Below, piece after piece: positions 45,116 through 55,415 of a stretch of 64,000 nucleotides of DNA. The DNA comes from an uncultured virus (IMG/VR IMGVR_UViG_3300027563_000599). Taxonomy: Duplodnaviria > Heunggongvirae > Uroviricota > Caudoviricetes. The position numbers and the translations under genes are program-made. How positions within the stretch are numbered: the first letter of the stretch is position 1; each line of letters begins with the position of its first letter. Under the pieces are notes generated by a model, which saw only the letters and a list, made by a program, of their open reading frames with translations, was not told the DNA's origin and did no database searches. Location of the stretch: IMG/VR virus record IMGVR_UViG_3300027563_000599; one strand, 5' to 3'.

Positions 45116-45185
45116 AGCATGCGGCATTGACCAATAAATTGCAATCTGCTACAATTAACACTTGAAACACTTAGAAGGAAACTCC

Positions 45186-46271
45186 ATGTCAGACAATCGT
45201 ACAGTTACATCCACCCAAGCTCGTAAAAGCCTGCTCAAAGCATTCAAAGTCAAGCGTCCCATGTTCTTGTGGGGTCCTCCTGGCATCGGTAAATCCGAGC
45301 TGGTAGAAGAAATTGCTAAAGAACTGGGCGGTATCATGTACGATTGCCGTTTGGGACAAATGGAGCCCACTGACATTCGTGGTATCCCGTTCTATAACAA
45401 AGAAATTGGCAAAATGGATTGGGCTCCTCCAATCGACTTGCCGGACGAAGAAACTGCCAGCCAGTATCCCATTGTGGTCTTGTTCCTGGACGAAATGAAC
45501 AGTGCCGCAGGTTCCACACAGGCAGCGGCCTATCAGTTGATCTTGAACCGACGCATCGGCAAATATCGGTTGCCGGACAATGTTGTTATGGTGGCCGCAG
45601 GCAATCGTGAAAGCGACAAAGGCGTTACCTTTCGTATGCCCACTCCGTTGGCAAACCGATTTATTCACCAAGAGATGAAGGTGGACTTTGCCAGCTACCA
45701 GACCTGGGCAGTTAAGAACAAGATCCATCAGGATGTTGTGGGTTACTTGAGTTTTGCCAAGCAGGACCTGTACGACTTTGATGCCAAGAGTTCCAGCCGT
45801 GCCTTTGCTACACCGCGTAGCTGGACCTTTGTGAGCCAGCTGTTGGAAGACGACGACGGTGACAACGACACCTTGACCAACCTGATTGCCGGTACCATTG
45901 GTGAAGGCCTTGCTGTGAAGTTTATGGCTCATCGCAAGATCAGTTCAAGGTTGCCCAAGCCCGAAGACATCCTGAGTGGCAAGGTGCATGACTTGGAAGT
46001 TAAAGAAGTGAGTGCCATGTACAGTTTGGTTATCTCCATGTGCTATGAGCTCAAAGATGCAGTGGCTCGCGGAGTGCCTGACAAAGAGTTCCATGCCATG
46101 TCTGACAACTTCCTTGGCTATATGATGAAGAACTTTGAGACAGAGCTGGTGGTTATGGGTTCGCGTATTGCACTTACCACATACGACTTGCCATTCCAAC
46201 CTACCAAGCTCAAGAACTTCGATCAGTTCCACAGCAAGTACGGCAAATACATTTTGCAAGCTCGTGCCTGA
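45186..46271 (+). CDS. MoxR-like AAA+ ATPase
   Basis: GPPGIGKS, LFLDE, AAGN, NRF, TPRSW. Confidence 0.9.
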   Translation: MSDNRTVTSTQARKSLLKAFKVKRPMFLWGPPGIGKSELVEEIAKELGGIMYDCRLGQMEPTDIRGIPFYNKEIGKMDWAPPIDLPDEETASQYPIVVLFLDEMNSAAGSTQAAAYQLILNRRIGKYRLPDNVVMVAAGNRESDKGVTFRMPTPLANRFIHQEMKVDFASYQTWAVKNKIHQDVVGYLSFAKQDLYDFDAKSSSRAFATPRSWTFVSQLLEDDDGDNDTLTNLIAGTIGEGLAVKFMAHRKISSRLPKPEDILSGKVHDLEVKEVSAMYSLVISMCYELKDAVARGVPDKEFHAMSDNFLGYMMKNFETELVVMGSRIALTTYDLPFQPTKLKNFDQFHSKYGKYILQARA

Positions 46272-46520
46272 TTGCGGTACACTGTACACAATTCTACACA
46301 CACCGGATTCCAGCATGCAGTCACAATGACTGGCATGTTGGATTTCCATGCTGTTAGGCAATGGATGACTCAGACATACGGTCATGCGGAAAATGTACAA
46401 AAACTAAATCCGCAGGAGGCCTCTCCTTGCTGGTCCTGGGACTTGGTGTATCGTTATTATGTGATACATCTCAAAGGCGACCGCGAACTGACCTGGTTTC
46501 AAATGAAGTTTGGTACATGA
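46272..46520 (+). CDS. Hypothetical protein
   Basis: ORF ending ELTWFQMKFG; start uncertain. Confidence 0.5.
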   Translation: MRYTVHNSTHTGFQHAVTMTGMLDFHAVRQWMTQTYGHAENVQKLNPQEASPCWSWDLVYRYYVIHLKGDRELTWFQMKFGT

Positions 46521-46523
46521 CCC

Positions 46524-46799
46524 ATGTCCAAGATTACAGTAAAAAAACTCTTGATTGTGTTTCATAGCCCCGGAGACTGGAGTGCCATTTACTCCAGAAT
46601 TTTAACAGATTTCGGTATGGGCATGATAGTGAGACCACGCATGCGACGTGAGTTGGGATTCACATATCGTTATCACCAAGGGCTGGTTCCAGTGGAACAT
46701 CCAACTCTCAATGGCCCCGGCATGTACTACGAAGAACAGGTTCATTTGGATTTTTACAGTGAGCAGGCCCAAACTTGGTTTTCCTTAAAATATCTTTAA
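46524..46799 (+). CDS. Hypothetical protein
   Basis: ORF ending TWFSLKYL. Confidence 0.6.
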   Translation: MSKITVKKLLIVFHSPGDWSAIYSRILTDFGMGMIVRPRMRRELGFTYRYHQGLVPVEHPTLNGPGMYYEEQVHLDFYSEQAQTWFSLKYL

Positions 46800-46856
46800 A
46801 TTTTGTTGACCCGGTGGGGTACTAAATATGTATCTCTACCAACTCTCCTTTTGCCA

Positions 46857-47474
46857 ATGTTATATCAAGTCTCAAATCCGTTAATGAAAAATTACGACTG
46901 GCGTCGATTGCAATCAGTTGCCAGTCATCTCTTTTCAAAAGTGGATCAAGGCTATTTTGACAGCAGCGTGTTGTGGCAGCCGGCGTATGATGCTAAAATT
47001 TTTAATATCGGTTGCCACGGTAGTGTGATTGTTAGCCAAAGTTTGACCAACAATTCTTTGTGGTATACTTGGACTGGACCGCTGTTGGAAATTACTGTTC
47101 CGTGGTGCAAGGATGTTAGACAACGGTTATTGAAGAATCAACTTAACTTTGTTAACTTCACTTACACATTGCACTTTGAGAATATCAACGCACATATTGA
47201 CGGGAAAACAGATCAAGAAAAAAATCTAGGAAGTTGCAATATCAATCATATTATTGCTTCCGACAGTGCCGAATCGTTTACATTTACTGAGTCAGATGCA
47301 GTGCAACAAAGGTATCCGACCATTCCGGGTAACACATGGTTGATTAATACCAATGTTGTTCACGGCGTGATCAATCAAGGTCGACGAGAAGTGTTCCAAG
47401 TAAAGTTTCATCAGCCGTTTGAGCAGGTACGAGACTTTTTTATCTCTAACCCAAATTTTTTTCATGTTAACTGA
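46857..47474 (+). CDS. 2OG-Fe(II)/cupin-fold-like protein
   Basis: AHID...VHGV...R. Confidence 0.5.
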   Translation: MLYQVSNPLMKNYDWRRLQSVASHLFSKVDQGYFDSSVLWQPAYDAKIFNIGCHGSVIVSQSLTNNSLWYTWTGPLLEITVPWCKDVRQRLLKNQLNFVNFTYTLHFENINAHIDGKTDQEKNLGSCNINHIIASDSAESFTFTESDAVQQRYPTIPGNTWLINTNVVHGVINQGRREVFQVKFHQPFEQVRDFFISNPNFFHVN

Positions 47475-47874
47475 TATTGACTTGGTATTCAACATTGAAA
47501 GAGCCAATGATTCGTCAATGGCCATGCAGATTGAGTCAAACAACCAAGTGTTGTATTCCGGGAAAGATTTTGACAATGGCAGACACCGGGTCAGTTTGAA
47601 AATAAACACCGCTGGACATTTGGATTTTATCTTGTCTAACAGACATGATCAAGACACTGTGTGTGATTCTCAAGGCAGTATTGTTGAAAACAAACATGTT
47701 TGTTTATTGTCTTTAACAGTGAATGGATTTCAAATTGAAGGTTACAAACTTGATTCAACAGTGATAACCAGTACCGGTCATCCTGTATTTTGGAACTACA
47801 ACGGAACTGTACGCCTGACCATTGATCATGATGATCCCGTGATTTGGATTATCAACAACAAACAGTTATGGTAA
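47464..47874 (+). CDS. Hypothetical protein
   Basis: Clean ORF preceding radical SAM gene. Confidence 0.55.
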   Translation: MLTDIDLVFNIERANDSSMAMQIESNNQVLYSGKDFDNGRHRVSLKINTAGHLDFILSNRHDQDTVCDSQGSIVENKHVCLLSLTVNGFQIEGYKLDSTVITSTGHPVFWNYNGTVRLTIDHDDPVIWIINNKQLW

Positions 47875-47884
47875 ACAATTTCAA

Positions 47885-49405
47885 ATGAAAGTAGTTATAT
47901 TATCTGTCCCCTACTGCGAACCTTATCCAATGGTTGCGCCGGTCCTGCTGAGTGCTTGTTTAAATCAGGCCGGCATTGACAGTGTGGGTATTGATTTTTC
48001 GGCCAAGTTTCTTGCACAGGTTGCCAATGATCCAGAATTTATTACACTTAAAAATTTATTGGTCTTGGGTTATGTGGTAAAATCCAAACTGAGCCGTAGG
48101 ATGTTTAAGAAAGTTTATAAATTTACTAAAAATTTTCTCAAACAATTACACGAACAATATCAGCCCGAATACATAGGTCTCAGTATTTTTACATCTGAGA
48201 GCTTGGATTTTGGCATGCTGATGAGTTATATGTTGCGCAAGTATTGGCCTGAGACTCGAATCATGGCCGGCGGCAAGGGGTTAGAAGTATCTCACAGTGA
48301 TGGCAATAAACACTATGACATTTGGATCAATAATCTAATCGCCGATTTGGTGATTGTTGGTGATGCAGAAAAAGAAATCATCGAAAGTTTAAAGCATGAC
48401 AAGACCGGATTGATTTTTTCAGCTGCTCAGACCAAGCAAGACCTCGACGATATTCCTGTGCCAGCCTGGGATCAATATGATTTGTCGTTCTATCAGTCAC
48501 TGAGTGAATATCGTGACCAACAGACACACAACAGTGAACCTTATATGACCATCACCGGTAGCAAAGGCTGTGTTAGACAATGTACATTTTGCGATGTCAG
48601 TAGCTTCTGGCCGGATTATATCTATCGTGATCCTGTCAAGGTTGCAAACGAAATTATCCATAACTATCAAAATACCGGCATAAAAAAGTTCACGTTCACT
48701 GATAATCTAATCAATGGCAGCATCAGTAACTACAGAACAATGAACCAGGTGCTGGTTGATACTATTCCGCAAACTATTAAATATTCCGGTTATGCTATTT
48801 TTAGAGGCAAAGATGAAATGCCTGACAGAGATTTTAAACTGGCAGCCGATGCCGGGTGCGAGAGATGGGGTGTTGGGGTTGAGTCTGGCAGTGAAAAAGT
48901 CAGATTTGATATGAAAAAAAAGTTCAGCAACGATGACCTAGACTGGAGTGTCAGAGCTCTGCACAAATACAACATAGTGCAAAATTGGTTGTTAATGGTT
49001 GGTTACCCAACCGAGACAGAAAAAGATTTCAAAGATACCAAGCAGTTGTTGATCAATTATGCATCATTTGCAGTGAACAAAAGAATTGTGTTGGGAATCA
49101 CTCCCACGTTTGCGTTGTTGAACAACAGTCCGTTGTTGGCCGACTCCGAAATGGCACAAAGATACGGAATCGAACACAATCATAACAATCATAACAACAA
49201 GTTCTGGACCAGCACTCGATATATGGACAACGATTATCCAGCAAGATCCCGTCGATTCAAAGAATTGGTAAGACTGGCTCAGGACCTGGGATACTCGTTC
49301 AATGATTCAATGCCAGTACAAAAATGGCACCAAGAGATCGAAAGTTTAGATAAAATTTACAATGAAACCACGCATAAAGTTTTTGCTATCCGTTCAGGTC
49401 AATAA
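47885..49405 (+). CDS. B12-binding-domain radical SAM protein
   Basis: SKGCVRQCTFC, GVESGSEKV, VGYPTET; N-terminal cobalamin-binding-like domain. Confidence 0.85.
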   Translation: MKVVILSVPYCEPYPMVAPVLLSACLNQAGIDSVGIDFSAKFLAQVANDPEFITLKNLLVLGYVVKSKLSRRMFKKVYKFTKNFLKQLHEQYQPEYIGLSIFTSESLDFGMLMSYMLRKYWPETRIMAGGKGLEVSHSDGNKHYDIWINNLIADLVIVGDAEKEIIESLKHDKTGLIFSAAQTKQDLDDIPVPAWDQYDLSFYQSLSEYRDQQTHNSEPYMTITGSKGCVRQCTFCDVSSFWPDYIYRDPVKVANEIIHNYQNTGIKKFTFTDNLINGSISNYRTMNQVLVDTIPQTIKYSGYAIFRGKDEMPDRDFKLAADAGCERWGVGVESGSEKVRFDMKKKFSNDDLDWSVRALHKYNIVQNWLLMVGYPTETEKDFKDTKQLLINYASFAVNKRIVLGITPTFALLNNSPLLADSEMAQRYGIEHNHNNHNNKFWTSTRYMDNDYPARSRRFKELVRLAQDLGYSFNDSMPVQKWHQEIESLDKIYNETTHKVFAIRSGQ

Positions 49406-49757
49406 CAGCAACGGTCCAGTCTCTTACACTGTGTCCCCGGCCAACAGGACCTGGATTGAGGATGGATTGAATTGGCATGAAATTGAGTATGATCCTCGCA
49501 ACCAATTGCGTGTTTCTGTTGCCATGACCAAACCCGAAGATAGTCACAGTCATATAGTTGTGGGCAATCTACAGGCCAATGGAGTGAAAATAAATGACAT
49601 TGATCAGTGTGGTGTATACGTAAGAGATGACACCAACTGCCATCAGAACGGTGCATACGGTTACATGGCCTGGTCCGGCACATACACATTCAAAATAAGA
49701 TTTGCCCCACAATTACACAATTTTGTCATATATCTGCTGAATATTGGTAAATCTTAG
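49362..49757 (+). CDS. Hypothetical protein
   Basis: ORF overlapping radical SAM end. Confidence 0.55.
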   Translation: MKPRIKFLLSVQVNNSNGPVSYTVSPANRTWIEDGLNWHEIEYDPRNQLRVSVAMTKPEDSHSHIVVGNLQANGVKINDIDQCGVYVRDDTNCHQNGAYGYMAWSGTYTFKIRFAPQLHNFVIYLLNIGKS

Positions 49758-49818
49758 CACTTGACCATTAATTCTAGATCTGCTATAATATACACATAAA
49801 GCAACAAAGGAACGCTAC

Positions 49819-51093
49819 ATGAGCAAAGCAGGCACCACAGCAGATACCAAAGACAGCAACAAATTTGCCAATCTTCTCGGTAAAACTGACCCCAAACTTG
49901 ATCGCGAAGTTCGCGAAAAACTGACCACAGCTCGTGTGGGTTTGTTATTGAAGGCCAGTTTCTTCGGCAATTTGTCCACTAGATTAAAATTGGTCAATGC
50001 TGACGAATGGTGTAGTACTGCTGCCACAGACGGTCGTAATTTTTATTACAATAGCCGTTTTGTGAACATGTTGCGCCCACGAGAAATAGAATTCCTGTTT
50101 GGACACGAAGTGTTGCATTGTGTTTATGACCACTTTGGACGTCGAGGTGATCGAGATCCACAGTTATGGAACATTGCTGACGATTATTGTGTCAACGGAG
50201 ACTTGAAAAAACACGGTGTTGGCGAGTTCATCACCAGTGTGCCTTGCCTGTACGACAAAAAGTACGAAGGCCTGTGTGCTGAAGAAGTCTACGACATCCT
50301 GTACGAAAATGCCGAGAAGATCGACATCGGCAAATTGATGGATCAGATGATCGACGAGCACTTGGATGGCGAAGGCGATCCCGACGGTGACGAAGAGGGC
50401 AAAGGCCGCCCAAAGTTATCACCAGAAGAACGTCAACAGATCAAGGACGAAATCAAAGAAGCCATGTTGTCGGCAGCCGCAGCCGATGCCGACGGTGCTG
50501 GCAATTTGCCCGCAGGTGTTCGACGCATTCTCAAAGATCTCACAGAGCCACAGATGAACTGGCGCGAACTGTTGCGTATGCAATTGGAGAGCACTATCAA
50601 GAGTGACTACACTTGGATGCGAGCCAGCCGCAAAGGTTGGGACATGGATGCTGTGATGCCAGGCATGAAGCTGGAGCCCATGATTGATATTGCAGTGGCA
50701 GTTGACACGTCGGGGTCTATTGGTGGAGCCATGCTGAGAGACTTCATGAGCGAGATACAGGGCATTATGGATTCGTTCCCGGCGTACCGAATCCATGTGG
50801 TCAGTTTTGACACAGAAATCTACAATCCTGCTCAATACGACAGCGAAAACTTGGACAGTATCTGCGACTACGAGCCAGCCGGTGGTGGTGGCACAGACTT
50901 TGACTGTGTGTACCAGTATTTGAAACACAACGAGATTGAGCCCAAACGCTTGGTCATGTTCACAGACGGCTATCCGTTTGGTAGCTGGGGCGACGAGAAC
51001 TATACAGAAACAGTGTTTATCTTGCATGGCACTAGAACTATCGTTCCACCGTTTGGTCAATACGCCTATTACGGCAAAGAAGAAGAGAATTGA
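49819..51093 (+). CDS. Metallopeptidase-like + VWA domain protein (DUF2201-type)
   Basis: TAATDG, HEVLH, DTSGS MIDAS, GGGTDF, FTDG. Confidence 0.88.
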   Translation: MSKAGTTADTKDSNKFANLLGKTDPKLDREVREKLTTARVGLLLKASFFGNLSTRLKLVNADEWCSTAATDGRNFYYNSRFVNMLRPREIEFLFGHEVLHCVYDHFGRRGDRDPQLWNIADDYCVNGDLKKHGVGEFITSVPCLYDKKYEGLCAEEVYDILYENAEKIDIGKLMDQMIDEHLDGEGDPDGDEEGKGRPKLSPEERQQIKDEIKEAMLSAAAADADGAGNLPAGVRRILKDLTEPQMNWRELLRMQLESTIKSDYTWMRASRKGWDMDAVMPGMKLEPMIDIAVAVDTSGSIGGAMLRDFMSEIQGIMDSFPAYRIHVVSFDTEIYNPAQYDSENLDSICDYEPAGGGGTDFDCVYQYLKHNEIEPKRLVMFTDGYPFGSWGDENYTETVFILHGTRTIVPPFGQYAYYGKEEEN

Positions 51094-51105
51094 GGAGTGC
51101 CAAAG

Positions 51106-51285
51106 ATGAACGAACGCATTAAACAGCTTGCATTAGAATGCTACAACCCTTACTCAAACTTTGATCACGAAAAGTTTGCTGAGTTGATTGTGCGGGATTG
51201 TGCTCTTACTGCTGGCCTAATGGAACATGAAGGTCGCAACGGTATTGGCGCACAACTACTAGATAATTTTGGAATTGCGGAATGA
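51106..51285 (+). CDS. Small hypothetical protein (MNERI family)
   Basis: MNERIKQLA...EKFAELIVRDC. Confidence 0.6.
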   Translation: MNERIKQLALECYNPYSNFDHEKFAELIVRDCALTAGLMEHEGRNGIGAQLLDNFGIAE

Positions 51286-51548
51286 ACGAACGAATTCGAC
51301 TACTTGCCGAACAGGCTGGGTATTACCTATACGACTTAACAGAAACACACGAGTGTAAAACTGTCGAAACTGACAGCACCGACGAGTGGGTTACATTAGA
51401 AAAGTTCGCCCAATTGATTTTACAGGAATGTTTAACTATATGTCAGCACAATGCTGAAGATGATGATGATCAATTTGATTTGGGTAGAGTACATCAGTCA
51501 AAAGAAATTACACACCTTATCAAAAAACATTTCGGAGTTGAAGAATGA
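51282..51548 (+). CDS. Small hypothetical protein (MNERI family)
   Basis: MNERIRLLAEQAG...EKFAQLILQEC...KHFGVEE. Confidence 0.65.
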   Translation: MNERIRLLAEQAGYYLYDLTETHECKTVETDSTDEWVTLEKFAQLILQECLTICQHNAEDDDDQFDLGRVHQSKEITHLIKKHFGVEE

Positions 51549-51802
51549 ACAAACCTATTAATGACTTTGATGACATGCCAGAAATGACCGATGAAATGAT
51601 GAATGAGTTTAAAGCAATTACGCCTGTTGATTTACATTTAGGTGCCGCAGAAGTCAAACCCTTTGGTCAACATTCGTGGGTAGACCAACATGGTCCCAAG
51701 CCACTAGGACCTGGAATCATTGCATTGGATGTGTTGATTGTATTTTTATCTTGTGCAATGTGTTGGCTTACTGTCAATGTTTGGATTTGGACTTTTAGTT
51801 GA
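51545..51802 (+). CDS. Hypothetical protein with C-terminal TM
   Basis: ATGA coupling; hydrophobic C-terminus. Confidence 0.5.
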   Translation: MNKPINDFDDMPEMTDEMMNEFKAITPVDLHLGAAEVKPFGQHSWVDQHGPKPLGPGIIALDVLIVFLSCAMCWLTVNVWIWTFS

Positions 51803-51898
51803 AGAGACATCGAGATATGACAGCATTTTGGATTCAGTTCAGCATTATGATTGCAATAGTGGTCTATGTAGCAGTGATTGTTGTGCCAGAGATATGGA

Positions 51899-52123
51899 AT
51901 GATCAATAAACTTGAACAGTTGATGTACCAAGCCGGACTTACTGCACAAGGCTGTTGGGATGAGATGGACGACTACGATCGCCGCGCCATCGAACGTCTT
52001 GCTAAACTGATTGTGCTGGACTGTGTTGACCATGTCGAAACATGGGAAAAAGATAGTCGCAATCATATTTCATACCTGTTGAAAAATTATTATGATCAAT
52101 TTGCTCGATTTGATCTAAATTAG
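51899..52123 (+). CDS. Small hypothetical protein (MNERI-like)
   Basis: LEQLMYQAG...ERLAKLIVLDC. Confidence 0.55.
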   Translation: MINKLEQLMYQAGLTAQGCWDEMDDYDRRAIERLAKLIVLDCVDHVETWEKDSRNHISYLLKNYYDQFARFDLN

Positions 52124-52178
52124 CCCTAACAAGCAACAAAAAAAAATCGTTGCTTTGTTTTTTATATTAAATATCTAT

Positions 52179-52382
52179 ATGGAAAACAAAGAAATTACTA
52201 TTGCCGATTTAAGTCTGTTAAAAGACATAGTAGATCTGGCCAGCACACGCGGTGCATTTCGTGCCGCAGAAATGAAAGACATCGGCGAAGTGTACAACAA
52301 ATTGGTTGTCTTTCTCGATGCAGTAGTAGCACAAGCCAAGGCTCAGGAGCAGTCCGAAGCCACCCAAACACAAGGAGAGTAA
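52179..52382 (+). CDS. Hypothetical phage protein
   Basis: ITIADL...ASTRGAFRAAEM. Confidence 0.7.
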   Translation: MENKEITIADLSLLKDIVDLASTRGAFRAAEMKDIGEVYNKLVVFLDAVVAQAKAQEQSEATQTQGE

Positions 52383-52384
52383 TA

Positions 52385-53134
52385 ATGGCATTTATGAAAC
52401 ACGTTGGTAAACACGGAGATCGCAAGGTCTGCATCTTATTCCGTCAGGTCCCAGGCGAAGATCACATGAGCCTAGTTATCTATCCCGAGACACTACAGGC
52501 ACACTGGCAAGACGCCACGCAAAAAGTCTTGGAAAGCACTATTGGTCAAAGCGCAGAGGAATTTGCCGATGCACTGCATCGCAGTTACTTCCCAGACGGT
52601 CGTCCTATTTTAGAAACACTGCACCAAGAGCGCATGATCAAGAAAGTACGTTCCAGTGACATCATTGTTACACCCAATGGTACTGCAAAAATTCGCTTGG
52701 ACGAACTCAACAAGATGTTGAACGAAATGAAAACAGGCGAAGCTGCCATCAAGCGTATGGCCGAGAATGATGCCAGCCGCGGCATGGTAGCACCTGAAGT
52801 CAAACGCAAGGCAGAAGCTGAGTACAAGGCCGGACAGGCTGCTAAATCAGCACCGGGCTATGTTGCTCCTCCAGTTCTGCGAGCCGGCGAAGGCGGTGCA
52901 CTGACTGATAGAGACATTGCTGCCAACATGCTGTCACAGGCACAGGCCATGGAAGCCAATGCCAAGCAGATGATTGCCGAAGCAGCACGTATGAAAAAAG
53001 ATGCCGAGCGCATGGATCCCACAGTGAGCAGACCCAGCAAAGCAAAGTTGGTAGTGGCTGAGACGGCAGCGCCGGTCAAACGCACACGTGGTCCTAACAA
53101 AGTTAAAACTACCGTAGCAGATGCAACACAATGA
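52385..53134 (+). CDS. Hypothetical phage protein
   Basis: GGAG SD; MKHVG N-terminus. Confidence 0.75.
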   Translation: MAFMKHVGKHGDRKVCILFRQVPGEDHMSLVIYPETLQAHWQDATQKVLESTIGQSAEEFADALHRSYFPDGRPILETLHQERMIKKVRSSDIIVTPNGTAKIRLDELNKMLNEMKTGEAAIKRMAENDASRGMVAPEVKRKAEAEYKAGQAAKSAPGYVAPPVLRAGEGGALTDRDIAANMLSQAQAMEANAKQMIAEAARMKKDAERMDPTVSRPSKAKLVVAETAAPVKRTRGPNKVKTTVADATQ

Positions 53135-53423
53135 TGACTTCCTCACAGCCTGGGAACACATTGTTGCTGACGTATCAAAAACTGATGTCCCACTTGAGTG
53201 TATTAAAAAAATAGTAATTAAATTTCATGGTGGGCGTCAGAAAACGTTTAATCTGTCCGCACTGCAAAAACAAGGAATGAGCATTAATGAAATTGAAACC
53301 ATGCTGACTCGAACCTTGACTGAGCTAGACAATGAAATTCGTGACATAGATTTTGTTGTGGATGTGAGTGCTGTGGCCAACATGGTGCAACCAGAAACCA
53401 ACAAAATTCTAAGCGGTCTGTAA
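53121..53423 (+). CDS. Hypothetical phage protein
   Basis: WEHIVADVSKTDVP. Confidence 0.65.
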   Translation: MQHNDDFLTAWEHIVADVSKTDVPLECIKKIVIKFHGGRQKTFNLSALQKQGMSINEIETMLTRTLTELDNEIRDIDFVVDVSAVANMVQPETNKILSGL

Positions 53424-53425
53424 TC

Positions 53426-54118
53426 ATGAATGTTAAACTTGTATCATACAGCCAGCCAACTGTAGAATTTGCCGGCATGGGTGTTGATGATGCACAGGAA
53501 CTTGTTGCGTATTGTGCCCGTGTATCCAATCCGGCCAACCAACTCAACACCGAGACATCAGAGCGACTTATCCGATACTTGGTCAAGCACCAACACTGGT
53601 CGCCCCTTGAAATGGTGTCCGCCTGTATCGAAATCACCACTACCCGTGACATCGCCCGACAGATTCTACGTCACAGAAGTTTTAGCTTTCAAGAGTTCTC
53701 CCAGCGATATGCTGATCCTACAGCTGAACTCGATGAAGCGTTTGTGTTACGTGAGGCACGATTTCAAGACACCCGGAATCGACAGAACAGCGTAGACTTT
53801 GACATGACGGATGAGTCGCAACGGCTCTTGGCCTATGAATGGGAACGTGCTCAAAAGCGTGTGTTGTATGCTGTCAAGAAAGAGTACAAGTGGGCCATTG
53901 ACAATGGCGTTGCCAAAGAACAAGCTAGAGCTGTGTTGCCCGAAGGTCTTACTGTAAGCCGCATGTACATGAATGGTACCCTGCGTTCATGGATTCACTA
54001 CATGGAATTACGTGCTGCCAATGGTACACAACGAGAACACCAAGACATTGCTTGTGCCTGTGCTCAAGCCATTGCAGCAATTTTTCCAATGACCAAGTCA
54101 TTTAATGAACTGAAATGA
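53426..54118 (+). CDS. thyX: Flavin-dependent thymidylate synthase
   Basis: HWSPLE, RQILRHRSFSFQEFSQRY, EQARAVLP. Confidence 0.95.
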   Translation: MNVKLVSYSQPTVEFAGMGVDDAQELVAYCARVSNPANQLNTETSERLIRYLVKHQHWSPLEMVSACIEITTTRDIARQILRHRSFSFQEFSQRYADPTAELDEAFVLREARFQDTRNRQNSVDFDMTDESQRLLAYEWERAQKRVLYAVKKEYKWAIDNGVAKEQARAVLPEGLTVSRMYMNGTLRSWIHYMELRAANGTQREHQDIACACAQAIAAIFPMTKSFNELK

Positions 54119-55065
54119 TTACCATCTATCTTGGTGATGTGTCTGATTATCTAAGACAACAAGCCATTAAATCTGATCCGGCTGCGCAGTTAATCACAGT
54201 AGAAAATTACAAAAATCTAAACACTGGCACATACTTTACCAGTTTGGGAGAGTTGAGCAGTTTAACAATGCTAGGCGAAGTGCTACAGCAGGCCGACTGC
54301 ATTGTGTACTCGCCGCCACCAGGTGAGTGGAGTGACTGTTTTTTTGGCAAGAGTCATATGCAAACCTGGACTGAAGATTATTTAGATATATTTAAATTCA
54401 GATGCAAGATACAGAATTACAACACCAAAGCGCCTGAATTTGATCAGATATTAACACTTGCCGACACAAGAAAAACAGACAGTTCGCAATTGTGGATCGC
54501 TGGATGTAGTATAACTCACGGAGAAGGTGTAAGCGACAACATGCGATATGGACAATTATTGGCAGAACGATTAGATACTGACGTAAGTTTTTTAACACGT
54601 CGAGGTTCATCCATTGCTTGGGCAGCCGATCAAATTCTTAGATCAGACATCAGACCCAATGATACTGTGGTCTGGGGGTTGACAGCTCATGCAAGACTTA
54701 TGAGATTCGAAATGAACAAATTCAAGGGTTTTGTGTTGGGCTCCAAAGAACACACACAATCAACAATGGATTATTGTACTAGTGATCAAGCTCTATATCA
54801 CTCTGTTATTGCTGTACACCAGGTAATTAACTTTTGCGCAAAAATACATGCAAAATTAATATTGGCCAGTGTGTTTGACCGATCGGTTGTTGACTATATT
54901 CAAGACTTTCCTAATTTAGTAATGTTAAACGGACTCTGGGGCAGAGACATTGGCCATATGTTTATGGATCTGGGTTCAGACTCAATACATCCCGGAATCA
55001 AAACACATGAATTTTATGCTGATCAAATCTATCAAAAAATACAAACGTCGGTTGCACCAACATAA
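54115..55065 (+). CDS. SGNH-like hypothetical protein
   Basis: GCSITHG, C-terminal D..HPG..H. Confidence 0.55.
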   Translation: MITIYLGDVSDYLRQQAIKSDPAAQLITVENYKNLNTGTYFTSLGELSSLTMLGEVLQQADCIVYSPPPGEWSDCFFGKSHMQTWTEDYLDIFKFRCKIQNYNTKAPEFDQILTLADTRKTDSSQLWIAGCSITHGEGVSDNMRYGQLLAERLDTDVSFLTRRGSSIAWAADQILRSDIRPNDTVVWGLTAHARLMRFEMNKFKGFVLGSKEHTQSTMDYCTSDQALYHSVIAVHQVINFCAKIHAKLILASVFDRSVVDYIQDFPNLVMLNGLWGRDIGHMFMDLGSDSIHPGIKTHEFYADQIYQKIQTSVAPT

Positions 55066-55085
55066 AAATTGTGCTACAATGTGTT

Positions 55086-55415
55086 ATGGCAATAACGCAT
55101 AACCATTGGACTGAATACGCACACTGGAAAGCTGCCGAAGTAAAAATCATCGACAACCGAGCAGTACGGTTTCGTGATGTCTGTGTACACGAAATGCATG
55201 TGGGTGATGTGGATGATCCTGACATATATGTGGCACAACACATATGGGAATGGCAACAGACCGAAGCAGGGGAGTTTGTCATGACTCATGCTGTGGATAA
55301 ACCTTACTGGATTCGTGCAACCGATCATCTCACATACGGACATGTATATCGTATTGTGGCCAGGCTCGCTGAACCAGACGAACTCTTCTGGACATTAAAA
55401 TGGGGTAGTATATGA
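55086..55415 (+). CDS. Hypothetical phage protein
   Basis: GDVDDPDIY..WEWQ..G.FVM. Confidence 0.65.
   Translation: MAITHNHWTEYAHWKAAEVKIIDNRAVRFRDVCVHEMHVGDVDDPDIYVAQHIWEWQQTEAGEFVMTHAVDKPYWIRATDHLTYGHVYRIVARLAEPDELFWTLKWGSI

Noticed and set aside
45189..51060. Long antisense ORFs opposite the AAA and VWA genes (45189-45932, 50419-51060)
   Set aside because: Typical stop-poor reverse frames of strongly codon-biased genes.
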